Position numbers and translations under genes: made by a program. A DNA stretch of 64,000 bases from a virus. Lineage: Duplodnaviria > Heunggongvirae > Uroviricota > Caudoviricetes. Position 1 is the stretch's first letter. Each line of letters opens with the position of its first letter. Shown here one piece after another: positions 61,533-64,000 of this stretch. A model generated the notes under the pieces. That model ran no database searches and was not told the DNA's origin. It worked only from the letters and a program-made list of their open reading frames with translations. The stretch is from the IMG/VR virus record IMGVR_UViG_2537561978_000005; one strand, written 5' to 3'.

Positions 61533-62182
61533 AGCGTAGAGCGCAAATTGTTGGAACTGTGCACCCGGCAGGGCTTATGCGTGCTCAAGTCCGTGTTTTA
61601 CCTGACTGGAATGGCGTTCCTGATGACGATCTACCCTGGGCGGAATACCTGTTACCCATCGGAAACGCTTTTGTACCCACAGTCAAAGGTGACCTGGTCT
61701 GGGTAGAGTTTCCTTATTTAGATGTTAACGGTCGAATAGACACCAGACGCCCAATGATAGTTGGTGCCGCTCAGGATGCACCGGGAGGAATTCCAAACGT
61801 TGCACCAGAAGCATCTGGCAAAGGCAACGGCTGGACGCCGCCGGAAGTAGATGGAGCACCTCCCCGCCCCCAAATCTCAGCAACGAAAGACTTCGTTATT
61901 CACCGCAACAATATTCTTGAAGTACGAACTGCTGGTGGCGGCTATGAAATTGCCAATACGGCAGCAGGCTCAAGGATTGGCATGAATGAGTCCGGGCAGA
62001 TATATATCATTGGTCCGGCTGATGTAATCGTGAATGCAGGAGGGAGTGTTAACGTCAAATCAACCAACAACATCAATGTTAAAGGGGAAAATATTGCTGT
62101 CACCGCTAACGGAGACATAGCTTTCAAGGCAGGAGGAACCTTTCAGGCCACTGCTGGCAACTTCGATTTCAAGAAAGGATAG
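61529..62182 (+). CDS. Baseplate spike-like protein with Gly-rich beta-helix repeats
   Basis: 217 aa; repeated NAGGSVNVKSTNNINVKGENIAVTANGDIAFKAGGTFQATAGNFDFK resembles gpV/Mu gp45-type spike repeats. Confidence 0.4.
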   Translation: MKRRAQIVGTVHPAGLMRAQVRVLPDWNGVPDDDLPWAEYLLPIGNAFVPTVKGDLVWVEFPYLDVNGRIDTRRPMIVGAAQDAPGGIPNVAPEASGKGNGWTPPEVDGAPPRPQISATKDFVIHRNNILEVRTAGGGYEIANTAAGSRIGMNESGQIYIIGPADVIVNAGGSVNVKSTNNINVKGENIAVTANGDIAFKAGGTFQATAGNFDFKKG

Positions 62183-62193
62183 AAAATGCACCC

Positions 62194-62210
62194 ATTTGTG
62201 TTAGATAATT
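62194..62210 (+). promoter_or_regulatory. Operator-like motif (variant TGTTAGATA), left arm of palindrome
   Basis: Part of CATTTGTGTTAGA (62193-62205) inverted with TCTAACACAAATG (62222-62234). Confidence 0.4.
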
Positions 62211-62215
62211 AATAT

Positions 62216-62232
62216 GTATTTTCTAACACAAA
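62216..62232 (-). promoter_or_regulatory. Operator-like motif, right arm of palindrome
   Basis: TTTCTAACA at 62220-62228, 14 bp upstream of the rdgC-like ATG. Confidence 0.4.
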
Positions 62233-62241
62233 TGGTGAGAC

Positions 62242-63147
62242 ATGAGATCAGTCGCTTTCAAAAATATCTTCATCTATCGTCTTTCACGCGAAGTTAGCTG
62301 GGATACTGCAGAAGTAAATGCAGCCCTTAGCAAGTTTGTGTTTACCCCATGCGGTTCTCAGGATATGGCTAAAGCTGGTTGGACCTCCGTTCTTGGTGAC
62401 AACCTCACCCATGAATACCAGGGTTTTCTTCTGATACAGCATAAACGAGAGGAAAAAATCCTACCTTCTCAAGTGCTCAAAGAAGAGTTACAGAAAAAAA
62501 TCCTGACACTTGAAGAAGAGCAAGACAGAAAGCTGAAGAAGACCGAAAAAGATTCGCTGAAGGATGAAGTGCTTCACTCTCTTCTTCCTCGTGCTTTCAC
62601 GAGAAAATCACTCGCCAAAATCCTGATCGACCGCAGCAACCATCTGGTATTCGTTGAGGCAAGCAGCGCCAAAAAGGCAGAGGACCAGCTGGCTTTATTG
62701 CGAAAATCGCTCGGCAGCCTGCCTGTCATTCCATTCACACCACGCGAACCGCTGGAAATTACAATGACCGAGTGGTTTAAAAACGGCTTCCCTGCCGGAT
62801 TTACAGCAGGTGAAGACGCCACATTAAAGGGTCTGCTCGATAATGGTGGTGCCGTTCGCTGCAACAAAGTTGATCTACAGTCCGACGAGATTATGTCTCA
62901 CATTGAGGCGGGGAAAGTAGCTACGACCGTTGCAATTAACTGGATGGACCGCGCGTCGTTCAGAGTCAACGATGATATGAGTATCAAAGCCCTGACATTC
63001 TGTGATGATCTCTATGACCAGAACGACGATATCGACCGGGAGGATGTAGCACAACGATTTGATGCTGATTTCGTGCTCTTTACGGGCGAATTATCTGCAC
63101 TGTTTAACGCGCTGGTGGAGGCCATTGGCGGTGAAGCAGAACGTTAA
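62242..63147 (+). CDS. rdgC: Recombination-associated protein RdgC
   Basis: 301 aa, alignable end to end with E. coli RdgC from memory ([84 protein letters not shown]). Confidence 0.85.
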   Translation: MRSVAFKNIFIYRLSREVSWDTAEVNAALSKFVFTPCGSQDMAKAGWTSVLGDNLTHEYQGFLLIQHKREEKILPSQVLKEELQKKILTLEEEQDRKLKKTEKDSLKDEVLHSLLPRAFTRKSLAKILIDRSNHLVFVEASSAKKAEDQLALLRKSLGSLPVIPFTPREPLEITMTEWFKNGFPAGFTAGEDATLKGLLDNGGAVRCNKVDLQSDEIMSHIEAGKVATTVAINWMDRASFRVNDDMSIKALTFCDDLYDQNDDIDREDVAQRFDADFVLFTGELSALFNALVEAIGGEAER

Positions 63148-64000
63148 CCTTAGATATGGTTCAGTTTGCAGTGGAATTGAAGCAGCGAGCATTGCCTGGG
63201 AACCGTTGGGTATGCGTCCGGCGTGGTTTGCTGAAATCGAGCCTTTTCCATCTGCCGTTCTTGCGCACCGCTGGCCCCATGTCGCCAACCTTGGCGATAT
63301 GACAAAACTTGCCAAAAAAGTCCTGGCTGGGGAAATCGAATCCCCTGATGTGCTCGTCGGGGGAACACCTTGTCAGGCATTCAGTATCGCTGGATTACGT
63401 GGTGGGCTTGATGATGAGCGTGGCGCGCTAACTTTAAAGTATGTGGAGCTTGCAAATGCAATTGACGACAAACGGGCTGAGTCATTTCTCAAACCAGCCG
63501 TTATCGTCTGGGAAAATGTCCCAGGAGTCTTGTCATCGGCAGATAACGCCTTCGGATGTTTCCTTGCCGGATTGGCTGGAGAAGATGCGCCATTCGAACC
63601 AGGTGCTCGACCTGAATCACGAAAAAGTAACGCGTTCTGGCGGTGGGATGTCAAAACCAGTTGCCATGCTCCAAAGTGGCCGCAGTGTGGTTGTATTTAT
63701 GGACCGCAGCGAAAAGTGGCCTGGAGAATCCTTGATGCCCAATACTTCGGAGTGGCACAACGACGCCGACGCGTGTTTGTTGTCGCAAGTGCTCGAACAG
63801 ACCTCGATCCCGCAACGATACTTTTTGAGTTCGAAGGCGTGCGCCGGGATATTGCGCCGAGCCGAAAAAAGAAGGAAATCGCTTCCGCCATTATTGCAAA
63901 TGGCGCTGCAATCAGTGGCGAAAGCCTAAATCCATGCCTACACGCTGACATTCCACCCGGTATGAAATCGACGAAAGCCGTAAACGCTTTCAGGATGGCA
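63131..64000 (+). CDS. DNA (cytosine-5) methyltransferase, Dcm-type; partial, continues past window end
   Basis: Motif [13 protein letters not shown], catalytic [24 protein letters not shown]; GTG start after GGAGG; absent from ORF track because no in-window stop. Confidence 0.8.
   Translation, partial: MKQNVNLRYGSVCSGIEAASIAWEPLGMRPAWFAEIEPFPSAVLAHRWPHVANLGDMTKLAKKVLAGEIESPDVLVGGTPCQAFSIAGLRGGLDDERGALTLKYVELANAIDDKRAESFLKPAVIVWENVPGVLSSADNAFGCFLAGLAGEDAPFEPGARPESRKSNAFWRWDVKTSCHAPKWPQCGCIYGPQRKVAWRILDAQYFGVAQRRRRVFVVASARTDLDPATILFEFEGVRRDIAPSRKKKEIASAIIANGAAISGESLNPCLHADIPPGMKSTKAVNAFRMA

Noticed and set aside
62193-62234. 13-bp inverted repeat considered as an IS or transposon terminal repeat
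   Set aside because: Arms are only 17 bp apart, no transposase nearby, and the arms are copies of the dispersed operator motif; interpreted as a paired operator.
1-64000. rRNA genes, integrase-attachment (att) core, conjugation genes
   Set aside because: Nothing resembling rRNA or a tRNA-3'-end att duplication was found; the element appears to be maintained as a plasmid-type prophage (lox/Cre, phd-doc) rather than integrated, though the replication/partition genes are not in this window.

Overview
This 64-kb window reads as one contiguous stretch of a P1-like temperate phage or phage-plasmid from an enterobacterial host (the Ile2-type tRNA is close to E. coli ileX). All calls come from reading the sequence and from recalled family motifs; no database search was run. 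Recognisable P1-type modules, in order: the edge of an invertible tail-fibre segment with its Cin-family invertase (1-1014); a lydA-lydB-hdf-darA-ddrA-ddrB-like operon (1.2-8.1 kb); an immI-like module of structured RNA, icd-like gene and Rha/Ant antirepressor (10.3-11.9 kb); a 2278-aa methyltransferase-helicase, DarB-like (12.5-19.3 kb); five tRNAs in hairpin-rich non-coding DNA (22.6-25.5 kb); pacA-pacB packaging genes (27-29.9 kb); a lox-like 13-8-13 site with a divergent Cre (31.1-32.4 kb); dUTPase, a DUF2829-like protein and a PacB paralogue with degenerate ATPase motifs (33-36 kb); phd-doc and a LexA-boxed humD (36-37.8 kb); a leftward block of about 20 small lambdoid-type genes with Ea22-like paralogues (38.5-48 kb); a Ref-like HNH protein and a second immI-like module (48-50.6 kb); a compositionally foreign cargo island (50.7-58.9 kb); then putative structural genes, rdgC and a partial Dcm-type methyltransferase. 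The most novel candidate is an AT-rich operon in the cargo island (51290-53282) that pairs an ImmA/IrrE-like HExxH peptidase with a dCTP-deaminase-fold enzyme; the island also holds a lipoprotein pair, a SWIM-finger protein, an AT-rich membrane protein and higBA. An asymmetric motif centred on TGTTAGAAA recurs at least 14 times at operon boundaries and is probably the operator set of the master repressor. No rRNA, CRISPR array, transposase or IS element was seen.
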